Virus record (IMG/VR): IMGVR_UViG_3300017714_000003
Length of the DNA: 64,000 nucleotides
Direction: 5' to 3' (one strand)
Origin: an uncultured virus (IMG/VR IMGVR_UViG_3300017714_000003)
Taxonomy: Duplodnaviria > Heunggongvirae > Uroviricota > Caudoviricetes
How positions within the stretch are numbered: the first letter of the stretch is position 1; the number at the start of each line of letters is the position of its first letter. Both the position numbers and the translations under genes were made by a program. The notes under the pieces were generated by a model, which saw only the letters and a list, made by a program, of their open reading frames with translations, was not told where the DNA came from and did not search any database. Shown piece after piece: positions 55,191 to 64,000 of the stretch.

Positions 55191-57869
55191 TTACGCTAGA
55201 GATTCGCCTGTATTTCTGATACGTAGTGGGATGTAGATAAACTCTACTGCTTTCACTGGTTGAATTGCAACGTCTACCCATAACTCGTTTCTATCGATAC
55301 GAGCCGGAGTATTGTTTGATTCGTCACAAACAACTAAGAAGTCGAATAGACCTCTGTTAGTTACTAGTTCACCACAGAAACGTTCTACTGCATCACGCAT
55401 GTTATCACGTGTGATTTTGTCATTCTGTTCGAATAAGAAACCACGAGATAATTGATCCAAATTGAAACGCATATAGTTTACAAGTCTCGCAACATTAATA
55501 CGGTCAAGTGCTGATGCAAATGCCTGTGCTGTTTTTTGACCATAAACTACTAGACCTTGATTTGGAAGGTCTGCGATTGGATTAACACGTGAAGTGTAAA
55601 GTGCATCACGTTGTCCGTTACTTAAACGAACTTGTGCAAATTCACTTTCATCTGTTACGTAACCTACTTTACTTGCATTCGTTACAACACCACGTGTCAA
55701 GCCCGCTGGAGCGAACCATGGGAATGATACTTGGTCTGAGAATGCGATAGTACGTAGTGCGATTGCTGATGATGGAATAACAACATCATTACCTGATAAG
55801 TCTGTTGAAAGACCATGTGGGTAATAAACGCCTGCATATGATTCTGCTGGAACGTTATCAGTTGCCCAATTTTTCATAGATGTAGAATCTGATTTCAAGT
55901 CCATTGGTGTATCACCAATAACGAAAGCAACTTCTTTCTTATCTTTGTTTAGAGCAATCATTTCGTCCATTAGTTCTGGATAACCAGGAGCCGCAATCAA
56001 GTTAAAGTAAACTGATTCTGAACGAATACCATCATTACCTGCGATTGACGCCTGCATAGCTTCCACAACCATATTACGTTGTGCTTCTTTACCGAATTTG
56101 CCTGAGCCATCTAAGTTAGAACCTGATGCCCATTCCCACTTACCGTTAACATATTTTTTAACATTGTAAGTAGAGTAATCCATGTTCACTAATAACATAC
56201 CGTCTGGATGCAATTCAGCATTTGCTGTTTTGGCATGTGCAGTACGTGAATTAATGTTTCCGTTTGCATCGTATGGTGCTTCCTCTGAGAAATGAGAGAA
56301 AACGATACCATTGCTAGATGATTGGTCAGCATTATCTAGTTTAACCCATTTGCCACCGTCCCAACGATAGACATGTGGATAAGGCATAGCATCACTATCT
56401 ACCCAAATGTCGCCAGTGAATAGATTAGTTGTACCATCTTTACGTTTTGTTGGCATACCTGAACGTAATTGTAATTCATTGCCCATTAAACCGTCTGTGT
56501 CCTCAGACCAAGCATGTTGTTGCCATTGCTGAACACCACTTACGTAAGCATTTCTAAGTACTTCAATTTTTAAATCTGCATCAAACCATAGAGTACCTTC
56601 TGCTACTGCACCTTTTGGTGTAGATGAAGATGCTTCATATGATAAGTCTGCCCAAACACTATCAATGTTTGTTGATTGAGCAAGTCCCATTGCATTGAAA
56701 CCAGAAGAAAATACGATGTTTAGTTCTAATCCGTCTGATTTAGTCCATCTGACTTTATCAGCACCGATTTTTTCAACTGAAACGTTAGCCGCATTTAAAT
56801 TTGTGTTCATTTGCATTTGTACTACAAGAGCATCTAATGTTACCGCAGTAACATTGAACTGTGTACCTTCAACTGTGAAGTCCGCAGTGATACTTGTAGT
56901 ATCAGGGATTTGACCTGTTGTGATTGTTGTAGCTACTTTACCAGTATGTCTACGTAACTCAACGAAACCTAATGCTGAGTTATAACGTGCATAGATATCA
57001 CCTTCATCAATTAATGATGTTCCTGCGATATCATCTGTAGAATATAGTGGTGCTTGAACTGATGTCCATAAGCCTGTAGTAGAATTATAAACAGCCGCTG
57101 ATAAATCTAAACCACCGCCTTGTTTTGTAAGTCTAACATAAATTTCGCCACCCGCTAAAGCATTGTTATCTGATTTAGTTGTTGGTGCAAAAGCAGACCA
57201 CTGAAAATCTGATGAACCAGTGTCACCAGTGATGACCCAGTTAACACCTACTTTTTCCCAGTAAGTAATTTTTGTTGTTGATGTTACAACGGCGATGTCT
57301 CCTGCAGAACCGAATGTGTTTTTCGGTGATGCAAAACCATCAGCATTGATAGCCTCAACATTACCTGTTCCTGGTGCATCTGTTAACACTTTAGGTGTAA
57401 CTGCTTTCCAGTCTGTACCATCATGTTTAAAGATACCAAAATCAGATGTTGACGTATCGTGCCAATATGTTCCGTTTGTAATTGCGCCAGCTGGTTCGTT
57501 TGAAGTCGCTTCTAATTGTGACATGTCCACGTTAGCACGTACAACATAGGCGTTGTTTGAAACTCCTAAGTATTGATACGCGGCTAGTAGGCCATATTCA
57601 CTTGTCTCTGCTCCTTGCACAACCGATCCGCCAACTTCATAGAACACAGGTTCGCCGAAAGTTTCAACTAATTCTCGTTGTGAAGAAACAAGATATGCAA
57701 CACCGGCGTTAGCCTCAAGTGTTCCAGATGCGATTGCTGAACCAGATGCGTCTGTTTTGTTTGTTGCCGTAGCAACGACTAGTAGTGGAAGTGTACCTTG
57801 TGTAGCGGCCGCATATTGCGACTCATCACTAACAACAACTGACACGCCCGGTGATACTAATGTAGGCAT
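55191..57869 (-). CDS. tail sheath protein (T4 gp18-like) with large insertion
   Basis: LVSPGV, FPWFAPAGLTRG, VNPI, GQKT, LDRINVARL, CDESNNT, QPVKAVEFI; late promoter 57928-57935. Confidence 0.95.
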   Translation of the reverse strand: MPTLVSPGVSVVVSDESQYAAATQGTLPLLVVATATNKTDASGSAIASGTLEANAGVAYLVSSQRELVETFGEPVFYEVGGSVVQGAETSEYGLLAAYQYLGVSNNAYVVRANVDMSQLEATSNEPAGAITNGTYWHDTSTSDFGIFKHDGTDWKAVTPKVLTDAPGTGNVEAINADGFASPKNTFGSAGDIAVVTSTTKITYWEKVGVNWVITGDTGSSDFQWSAFAPTTKSDNNALAGGEIYVRLTKQGGGLDLSAAVYNSTTGLWTSVQAPLYSTDDIAGTSLIDEGDIYARYNSALGFVELRRHTGKVATTITTGQIPDTTSITADFTVEGTQFNVTAVTLDALVVQMQMNTNLNAANVSVEKIGADKVRWTKSDGLELNIVFSSGFNAMGLAQSTNIDSVWADLSYEASSSTPKGAVAEGTLWFDADLKIEVLRNAYVSGVQQWQQHAWSEDTDGLMGNELQLRSGMPTKRKDGTTNLFTGDIWVDSDAMPYPHVYRWDGGKWVKLDNADQSSSNGIVFSHFSEEAPYDANGNINSRTAHAKTANAELHPDGMLLVNMDYSTYNVKKYVNGKWEWASGSNLDGSGKFGKEAQRNMVVEAMQASIAGNDGIRSESVYFNLIAAPGYPELMDEMIALNKDKKEVAFVIGDTPMDLKSDSTSMKNWATDNVPAESYAGVYYPHGLSTDLSGNDVVIPSSAIALRTIAFSDQVSFPWFAPAGLTRGVVTNASKVGYVTDESEFAQVRLSNGQRDALYTSRVNPIADLPNQGLVVYGQKTAQAFASALDRINVARLVNYMRFNLDQLSRGFLFEQNDKITRDNMRDAVERFCGELVTNRGLFDFLVVCDESNNTPARIDRNELWVDVAIQPVKAVEFIYIPLRIRNTGESLA

Positions 57870-57969
57870 TCTGTTTCTCCTTAATTATATAAATTGCATT
57901 GTAGCAAAATTCTTTTATTGCTACTACTATTTATCGAAAAACACAAAAAAGTGGCTGTTTTTGAATTAA

Positions 57970-58596
57970 CTACGTAGACAATACATCTGTAACTTGGCTA
58001 TATAGATGCTCCAAGTCTTTAGAATTGTCGAATTCTATGTCAAAGTCCCATCCAGCCCAACTATACTCGCTTTTATGTACGTCTGGATATCGTTTCATGG
58101 GATCAAGCATATTCTCTGATTTAGTCTTATTTGATGTACAAGCATTCTGCCACCATTCAGGCTTTTCTTTTCGCCATACTACAGTAGTCTTGCCACCTAA
58201 TCGTTTAATAACATCTAATTCATTGTAAAATCTGCAATCAGAAATGACTACATTTTTGTCTGTTAATTCGACTTGTCTTTCACAAGCCTCTACCCAGATA
58301 TCTGGGTGAAAATGTGTTCTGAACACATCTGTACCTACATGTTGTAAGGCCCATCTTGGTGTGAAGTTAGGAATACCTAATCTTTTTGCCCACCATTCAT
58401 CTACTTGTTCTCTGAATACTCTACTCTCTGATGTATTACCTTCTAAAAGAATTCTGTCCCATCCAAATATATTTGCACATGCATCTTTTAGAACTCCTGC
58501 AAAACTTATTCGTTGAAAGCCGTTTTCAATTAAGTGACCTGCGACCGTGTCTTTTCCATGACCTATTAGCCCACAGATACCTATAATTTTTTTCAT
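57970..58596 (-). CDS. deoxynucleoside monophosphate kinase (T4 gp1-like)
   Basis: GLIGHGKDT, TPRWALQHVGTD, ISDCRFYNE, HKSE. Confidence 0.9.
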   Translation of the reverse strand: MKKIIGICGLIGHGKDTVAGHLIENGFQRISFAGVLKDACANIFGWDRILLEGNTSESRVFREQVDEWWAKRLGIPNFTPRWALQHVGTDVFRTHFHPDIWVEACERQVELTDKNVVISDCRFYNELDVIKRLGGKTTVVWRKEKPEWWQNACTSNKTKSENMLDPMKRYPDVHKSEYSWAGWDFDIEFDNSKDLEHLYSQVTDVLST

Positions 58597-58916
58597 ATAA
58601 TCCTCAAAAGAATGTTATACAGTATTATCGTTACAGATAAACCGGCTATAACACTACACCAAAATCCTATCTTTGTAACTAGTAACCCAAATATAACAAA
58701 AAATACGAGACTTGTCAAGACAAAATACGTAGTTTCGAAACTAAATTTTGCAAAAGTATCTGCATCAATGCCTGAATACCACATAAAAATCATTGCAAGA
58801 AAGGCAGTAAAAGGTATACCCAATAAAAATGCCGCCATTGTAGCACTTCTTTGAGCCACCATACTAACTGATGCTATTACTATTCCTGATATTAATGCTT
58901 TTAAAAAGAATTCCAT
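58593..58916 (-). CDS. small 4-TM membrane protein (DUF3147/GlpM-like)
   Basis: KALISGIVIASVS..AAFLLGIPFT. Confidence 0.6.
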   Translation of the reverse strand: MEFFLKALISGIVIASVSMVAQRSATMAAFLLGIPFTAFLAMIFMWYSGIDADTFAKFSFETTYFVLTSLVFFVIFGLLVTKIGFWCSVIAGLSVTIILYNILLRII

Positions 58917-60025
58917 ATTTCTCTTGTTCCTAATTTTTCTATCAATGTATTTACCTTAATATCATTTTCTTTTTCTTTGTCTATAATTTGGTCAAGGGTA
59001 TATGAATACTTTGTTGGTTGATTTATAAATTCTAATAAAAATTGTAATTCTTCTTGTCCCTCAAATGCATGTTTGAGTACATTAGATAGTTTAATCTTTA
59101 AACTACTTTCTAAGTTCTTTAATGACATATGCTCTGGATAGTCTAATATATCAAAATAAGGCATCTTCCCAAAGTGACCGTATGAAAACTCTACTATATC
59201 CTTTAATAGGTGTATGTTAAAGACGTTTATCACAGTATGCATACCTAACGTCATATTATCTGATTTATGCTCTGTAAAGTGATTTATGGCGCTTTGAATA
59301 GTATCCCATTTGTGTGGGGGTCTTAGTATCTCATTTGCTTCGCCTATAGCATCGATACTAAATGTAACTTCTACTTCTTTTAGTTTAGACCATGCATCAA
59401 ATATTTCTTGTTTTGGTATTATTGTACCGTTAGTATTGTAGAACAATTTTACATTACTTGGATCATCTGATTTGCTTATAATTTGTTTTAAAAAGTTTGC
59501 ATGTTTTTTATCTATTAACGGTTCTCCACCAACAAACTTAACGAAATCTAATTTAGATAAATCAGTGTCGTAATATTCTAAGTCAAATGAATCAACTGAA
59601 ACATCAACTGACATTCCAGGATTTTTTATAAGTTTCCATTTACTACTAAATGTATCATTACACATTCTACATGATAAATTACAATGTGTGGATAAAGCAG
59701 TTTCAATATATCTTATCTTTGGTTGTTGCCCTATAAATTTATCGTATTGTTTATACTGTTGTCTGAATGATTCAATACCATTATCTTCTGCATTCCAACA
59801 CTTGTCACACATTGAAAGTTTTTTACCTTTCAACATTTCACTTCTTATATCGTCAAAGAATTTAGAATTGAATGCGTTATTCAATCCATCAGATAATTTT
59901 GGGGCTTCGTTTAAATTTGGGATATTATTTTCTTCTACGAAACAACAAGGCAGAACGGTACCGTCTACTTTAAGTCTAGCATGAGACCATAATAATGAAC
60001 AAGCAGTGTTAGATGAATTATCCAA
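58901..60025 (-). CDS. radical SAM enzyme with N-terminal SPASM/twitch-like domain
   Basis: C..LW...DG.VLPCC, CDKC, CNLSCRMC, GGEP, NTNG. Confidence 0.85.
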   Translation of the reverse strand: MDNSSNTACSLLWSHARLKVDGTVLPCCFVEENNIPNLNEAPKLSDGLNNAFNSKFFDDIRSEMLKGKKLSMCDKCWNAEDNGIESFRQQYKQYDKFIGQQPKIRYIETALSTHCNLSCRMCNDTFSSKWKLIKNPGMSVDVSVDSFDLEYYDTDLSKLDFVKFVGGEPLIDKKHANFLKQIISKSDDPSNVKLFYNTNGTIIPKQEIFDAWSKLKEVEVTFSIDAIGEANEILRPPHKWDTIQSAINHFTEHKSDNMTLGMHTVINVFNIHLLKDIVEFSYGHFGKMPYFDILDYPEHMSLKNLESSLKIKLSNVLKHAFEGQEELQFLLEFINQPTKYSYTLDQIIDKEKENDIKVNTLIEKLGTREIWNSF

Positions 60026-60767
60026 TTACAAACCCAAGTGGAGCAGAACCATCAACATAAGTTTGTAGTTCACTTTCCAACTTGTCAATTAAAACATCTG
60101 CTTCGTTTTTCATTTCTGCACCATTCAATGTTACTCCGCCTTGAGCACCAGGTAATGATGAGAATTTACTTCTTGCTTCACCTAACATCTTTTTACAATA
60201 TGCTAAAGTATAATCTCTCATCCATGATTTAAGATACGGATCTTCAAGTAATTGTTCTTCTGGTCTTTCTAAGTGAACATGAATTAGAACCATTTCATCG
60301 GCTCTCATTCTTCGTAGTAGTTTTAATTTTTTTGTACTTGGATTCCAAATGAATTGGATATCTGTAGCGGCTACTCTGTTTAATGCTTCACGATATTGTG
60401 CAAATGCATCAAAAGTTGCGATACCACCAATGTGATTGTTTAAGAAAAAGTATGAGTTAGCATATGCTAATTCAAATGGATCCATATCAACGCCTCCAGA
60501 GATACCATGTCCAAATGAACGATGCCAAACTTGTTTGACTTCTGTAATCTCTGCTGGTAGAGTGTATTCGTCTACATCTTTTTTTAGTTCTATTGAATAG
60601 AAATCTTCTTCTACTGCGTTTTCAGACCTTTGTCTTATCTTTGATAAAGCAACATCTACTGCTAAATCATAGTGGTCTGGATCAAGTTCAATATCGACCA
60701 TACCATCACCTAGTAATAGTCTTACTTCCTTGATTACATTATTTCTAATTTTTGTATTTTTAGCCAT
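60018..60767 (-). CDS. neck protein (T4 gp13-like)
   Basis: LLLG..VDIEL, WMRDYTLAYCK..LGEARSKF..LPG..GGVTLNG; late promoter 60792-60799. Confidence 0.85.
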   Translation of the reverse strand: MAKNTKIRNNVIKEVRLLLGDGMVDIELDPDHYDLAVDVALSKIRQRSENAVEEDFYSIELKKDVDEYTLPAEITEVKQVWHRSFGHGISGGVDMDPFELAYANSYFFLNNHIGGIATFDAFAQYREALNRVAATDIQFIWNPSTKKLKLLRRMRADEMVLIHVHLERPEEQLLEDPYLKSWMRDYTLAYCKKMLGEARSKFSSLPGAQGGVTLNGAEMKNEADVLIDKLESELQTYVDGSAPLGFVIG

Positions 60768-60814
60768 TGATATTACTCCAACTATATACAGTATTTATCA
60801 TTTAGTGGAGATAT

Positions 60815-60846
60815 AAAAAAAGCCCACTCAAGAATGGGCTCTTTTT
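60815..60846. terminator. rho-independent terminator
   Basis: A-run-GCCCA-loop-TGGGCT-CTTTTT. Confidence 0.75.
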
Positions 60847-60863
60847 GTTGAAATTTTTAGTTA

Positions 60864-61352
60864 TTATGCTATAGTGTAACCACGGTCTGTAGGGATATTA
60901 ACTAATATCTCATTTTGACTAGCGGTTGCATATGTGTGATTGAACCCATCATCATCTTTGACTGGTTCGCCTGCACCCGAAACTCCTGATTCAGCAATTT
61001 CGTAAGGTACATCTGTTTTAACTTCATATGTATATGTTACACCATGTGTATCATTTAACCACTGTCTAAATGGAGCAGTGTACGCCGAATAGTTCGCCCA
61101 ATGTCTTGCATTGATAAATGTGATACCATATGCACATTTATTAGCATCTGATGAATGCCAACCATATGGTTTTGCAGTTTCGTATATGAAATCTTTTAAT
61201 GCTCTCGCATATTTGGTGTTAGTTTCCTCAATATAAGCATCTAAAAGATTTTGGATCATCTTTGTGCCAGGAACTTCTGCGCCACCCTGAGCCGTAATTA
61301 CGGCATCGGGAATGTTAACTTCCGCAAAATAATGTCTTTTTTTGTCTGCCAT
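60864..61352 (-). CDS. monocistronic late hypothetical protein
   Basis: own late promoter 61413-61420, GGAG RBS and terminator. Confidence 0.7.
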   Translation of the reverse strand: MADKKRHYFAEVNIPDAVITAQGGAEVPGTKMIQNLLDAYIEETNTKYARALKDFIYETAKPYGWHSSDANKCAYGITFINARHWANYSAYTAPFRQWLNDTHGVTYTYEVKTDVPYEIAESGVSGAGEPVKDDDGFNHTYATASQNEILVNIPTDRGYTIA

Positions 61353-61418
61353 TCTATCTCTCCCGGGATATAAATTAATAGTTAATTTAGTATACTCGTC
61401 AGTATCTACATCTATTTA

Positions 61419-62696
61419 TCAAAATACCTTAAGGAGCAGTGTATGTTCATTAATTCTACCATTCATTTTAGTAGGTACACTTTTTACTGATTCAAACTGT
61501 TTATTGAGAGACCTTTTTGTAATATCTTTGAACATCTTTAATTGCTCTTGAGGCTTACGTAGTGTCTTCTGTACACTAGTTTCTTCGTTGTAACGTATCA
61601 TTGTAGTGCCTTTTACTGTTAGACCACTTCCTTCACGTTTTTGGTTCATTGGATCCACATTACTTGTATGATATATACCGACTTTTCGTGACTTTGTATT
61701 ATATATAAGCAATATGTTACTTCCAACAATCTCAACTGGATTTATACTAACTGTACCTGTTTCTGTATGTTCTCTCATAAACTTCATTTTAGATACTAAT
61801 TTCTCTGCACTAACTACTTTACGTTTACGTGGTTTTCGGTCAAATTTTGCATTAGCAATAATCATATCACATGCTTGTACAATGCTTTTGTACATTTCAT
61901 GCATTGCTTTGATTTCAGACTTATCTAAATGATTGTACCCTTCTATCAACTGATTATGATAATCTAACTCTTTCTCGTCCATACCTTTTGTTGAAGGTGG
62001 GTTAACAAGTTCATCATATTCAGCAAAGTTACCAGTATATAACTCTCTAATAACTTTGGCATGATTTGCCTTTGCTTCTTTTCTACGTAAAAGATTCAGA
62101 GGTTTAAAGTCTTTTAACGACTTTACATCCATATCAAAATCATCGATAAACTTTTCAATATCGTCTGTCATAGTCAATGCTTTTAGACGTAGAAGTTCTT
62201 GTATACTAGGTCTATAAACATTCTTCTTTTTAGCTTCTTCTTTTTCTACTTCTAATTTCTTTTCTTTGATTACTTTGCCAGCCTCTATTGTTTCTGTTAT
62301 ACGTTTCTTAATAAAGTCAGTAATAGGAGTTATATGTCCGCTAGTACCAGCAAGAGTTTGCCAATAATCATCTTCTACTTGAACAAAGTCTGGCATACCA
62401 TCTAGTAACAATTTGCAACATATCGCACAAGTAATGCTTATCATATGTTCTGGTGGGAGTTTAGCTAATTTAATATCTTCATTTGTATAATCATTCTTAG
62501 CCATCCAAGTGAACACAAATGCATATAAATCTTTGGCTTGATAGTTTTCATAATAAAAAGAACGAGCGCCTTCTTTTTTACGATGGAATTCTTGTCCTGA
62601 TAATTTTTCCCATCCTTCCCATTTAGGTGATTCAAGTTTTGCTCCGCGTTTGGATGGGGCTCTCTTTAGTGATTTTCTTTTTTTCGCCAATGCCAT
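61419..62696 (-). CDS. hypothetical protein
   Basis: 425 aa, GGAG RBS; YNTKSRK, VKGTT, KTLRKP, NGRIN. Confidence 0.7.
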   Translation of the reverse strand: MALAKKRKSLKRAPSKRGAKLESPKWEGWEKLSGQEFHRKKEGARSFYYENYQAKDLYAFVFTWMAKNDYTNEDIKLAKLPPEHMISITCAICCKLLLDGMPDFVQVEDDYWQTLAGTSGHITPITDFIKKRITETIEAGKVIKEKKLEVEKEEAKKKNVYRPSIQELLRLKALTMTDDIEKFIDDFDMDVKSLKDFKPLNLLRRKEAKANHAKVIRELYTGNFAEYDELVNPPSTKGMDEKELDYHNQLIEGYNHLDKSEIKAMHEMYKSIVQACDMIIANAKFDRKPRKRKVVSAEKLVSKMKFMREHTETGTVSINPVEIVGSNILLIYNTKSRKVGIYHTSNVDPMNQKREGSGLTVKGTTMIRYNEETSVQKTLRKPQEQLKMFKDITKRSLNKQFESVKSVPTKMNGRINEHTLLLKVF

Positions 62697-62767
62697 TTAA
62701 ATCTCGCTCCGTAATGTTTCGAATCAATTTATTATAGTTTCTATTTAACTACAAATAGCTATTTTTG

Positions 62768-63466
62768 TCAAGTTTTAAGGTTATCTGTGTTATTATCTAA
62801 CAAAAGAGCATCTTCAAGTACATGTTCACGTAATGCATTTATAAGTAAGGCACTCCTATATAAATTAGATTTGTTAGGCATTGTGCTATGTAATGTTCGA
62901 CCGTCATACATTAATACATCACCTGCTTTTGCTAAAAATTGATGACCTTCATTGACTAATCTATCATTATAGTGTTGTTGATTATCTTCGATATCTTTAT
63001 AATATAAATTTTCTAAGTGCGAACCTGGAAGATATGCAGTGCCGCCATTCTCTAAAGTAAAAGCATTAAGAGGTATAATTATTTGTACACCTAGTGTCTC
63101 ATCTACCTTAGCATATTTTTCGAATCGATAAGGGGTATCTATATGTGCATAGATTTTACTTGATTGAGGTGCAGTAGTAATACAATCAACTGCATGAATT
63201 CCCCATTGAATAGACCCAAATAATACATCAATATATTTTTTCAGTCCTAAAACTACTGGTAACCACATTTCTTTAGGTGGTGCTGTTGTCCACCAAACAT
63301 CATATGTTCGTTTTCCATCATGTTTATCGTAGTAAATCCCATCTGACCCGTTGCCTCTATGAGCATTATTAGGGTTCATTGCCCACATTCTGAATTGTTC
63401 TATCGCTATTCCTGGTAAATAATCACGTACAATAGTATATCCATTACTATTTGGAAGTTGTTCCAT
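62768..63466 (-). CDS. phytanoyl-CoA dioxygenase (PhyH)-family 2OG-Fe(II) oxygenase
   Basis: NGYTIVRD, AHIDTP, ENGGTAYLPGSH, AGDVLMYDGRTLHS..N.S..R. Confidence 0.85.
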   Translation of the reverse strand: MEQLPNSNGYTIVRDYLPGIAIEQFRMWAMNPNNAHRGNGSDGIYYDKHDGKRTYDVWWTTAPPKEMWLPVVLGLKKYIDVLFGSIQWGIHAVDCITTAPQSSKIYAHIDTPYRFEKYAKVDETLGVQIIIPLNAFTLENGGTAYLPGSHLENLYYKDIEDNQQHYNDRLVNEGHQFLAKAGDVLMYDGRTLHSTMPNKSNLYRSALLINALREHVLEDALLLDNNTDNLKT

Positions 63467-63490
63467 TCACTTCTCCTTCAAGATACCTTC

Positions 63491-63519
63491 ATTATATGAT
63501 AAATACAGTTAGAAGTCAA
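63491..63519. promoter_or_regulatory. nested divergent promoters: sigma70 (-) containing a late promoter (+)
   Basis: TTGACT-17-TATAAT on the minus strand; GATAAATA at 63498-63505 on the plus strand. Confidence 0.75.
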
Positions 63520-63529
63520 GGAAAAAAAT

Positions 63530-64000
63530 ATGCCAAGATTAAGTTTATGGAACCCTCGTAAGGGAAATGATTACAAATTCATCGATAAGATGGTGAAGGC
63601 GCACTTCGAACATGGAGGCACTTCGCTACTTGTTCACAAATATTTAGGTTCACAAGATACAACTGATCCTAACTATGATCCTACCAAACCAGCAATACAA
63701 GATTTGTTGTTCATGGAGAATCGTGACAGAAAGTATGATGATAACATATATGACTTACGTGGTGTGTATACAGTTTCAGACCAAGATATGGACCTATCTC
63801 AGTTTGGAATGTTTTTGGGCAATGACCAAATTATATTCACAATGTCTATAAACGATATGGTAGAAAAAATGGGAAGAAAATTAATGACAGGAGATGTCAT
63901 TGAACTTCCTCATATGAGAGAAGATTTGTTACTTGACGAGGACGCTCCAGCAGTCAATCAATATTGGGTAGTGCAAGATGCATCAAAGGCCGCAGAAGGC
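63530..64000 (+). CDS. probable neck/head-closure protein (gp14-like), partial
   Basis: MPRLSLWNPRKGNDYKFID, IQDLLFMENRDRKYD, LSQFGMFL, GDVIELPH; runs off the right edge. Confidence 0.7.
   Translation, partial: MPRLSLWNPRKGNDYKFIDKMVKAHFEHGGTSLLVHKYLGSQDTTDPNYDPTKPAIQDLLFMENRDRKYDDNIYDLRGVYTVSDQDMDLSQFGMFLGNDQIIFTMSINDMVEKMGRKLMTGDVIELPHMREDLLLDEDAPAVNQYWVVQDASKAAEG

Noticed and set aside
1..64000. Stop-codon reassignment
   Set aside because: Core genes are full length in the standard code and TAA, TAG and TGA all end genes; no suppressor tRNA seen
1..64000. CRISPR array suggested by the Cas4-like nuclease
   Set aside because: No regularly spaced repeats seen; stand-alone PD-(D/E)XK exonucleases are ordinary in these phages

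Overview
AT-rich, gene-dense segment of a large T4-superfamily-type myovirus genome. The long tail sheath, stand-alone Pol III-like protein and gene set resemble Rak2/GAP32-like jumbo phages; prs, DUF6356, SufT and GANTC-containing promoters suggest an alphaproteobacterial, probably aquatic, host (inference). Nearly all genes are on the minus strand. Virion genes: PAAR, fibre-like proteins, probable internal head proteins, terminase large subunit, gp4-like head completion, tail tube, tail sheath, gp13/gp14-like neck. Replication and recombination genes: gp41 helicase, gp61 primase, a 196-aa minimal DnaE-like polymerase core, PD-(D/E)XK exonuclease, UvsW, UvsX, UvsY, gp32. Nucleotide and auxiliary genes: nrdAB, dNMP kinase, prs, PRTase, queD, psiE, clpP, SufT-like, one tRNA-Arg(ACG). 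Two promoter classes can be read directly: sigma70-type TTGACA/TATAAT and a late GATAAATA motif (about 20 copies). Best candidates for undescribed biology: (1) a late-promoter-driven cluster of desaturase, two oxygenase-like proteins, radical SAM, ACP and alpha/beta-hydrolase, plus other tailoring enzymes inside late operons, possibly modifying the virion; (2) four replication genes sharing an exact leaderless sigma70 promoter geometry; (3) a duplicated early promoter with a GANTC (CcrM/GcrA-type) site; (4) anti-SD hairpins straddling late promoters. All assignments come from motif recognition by eye; no database search was run.
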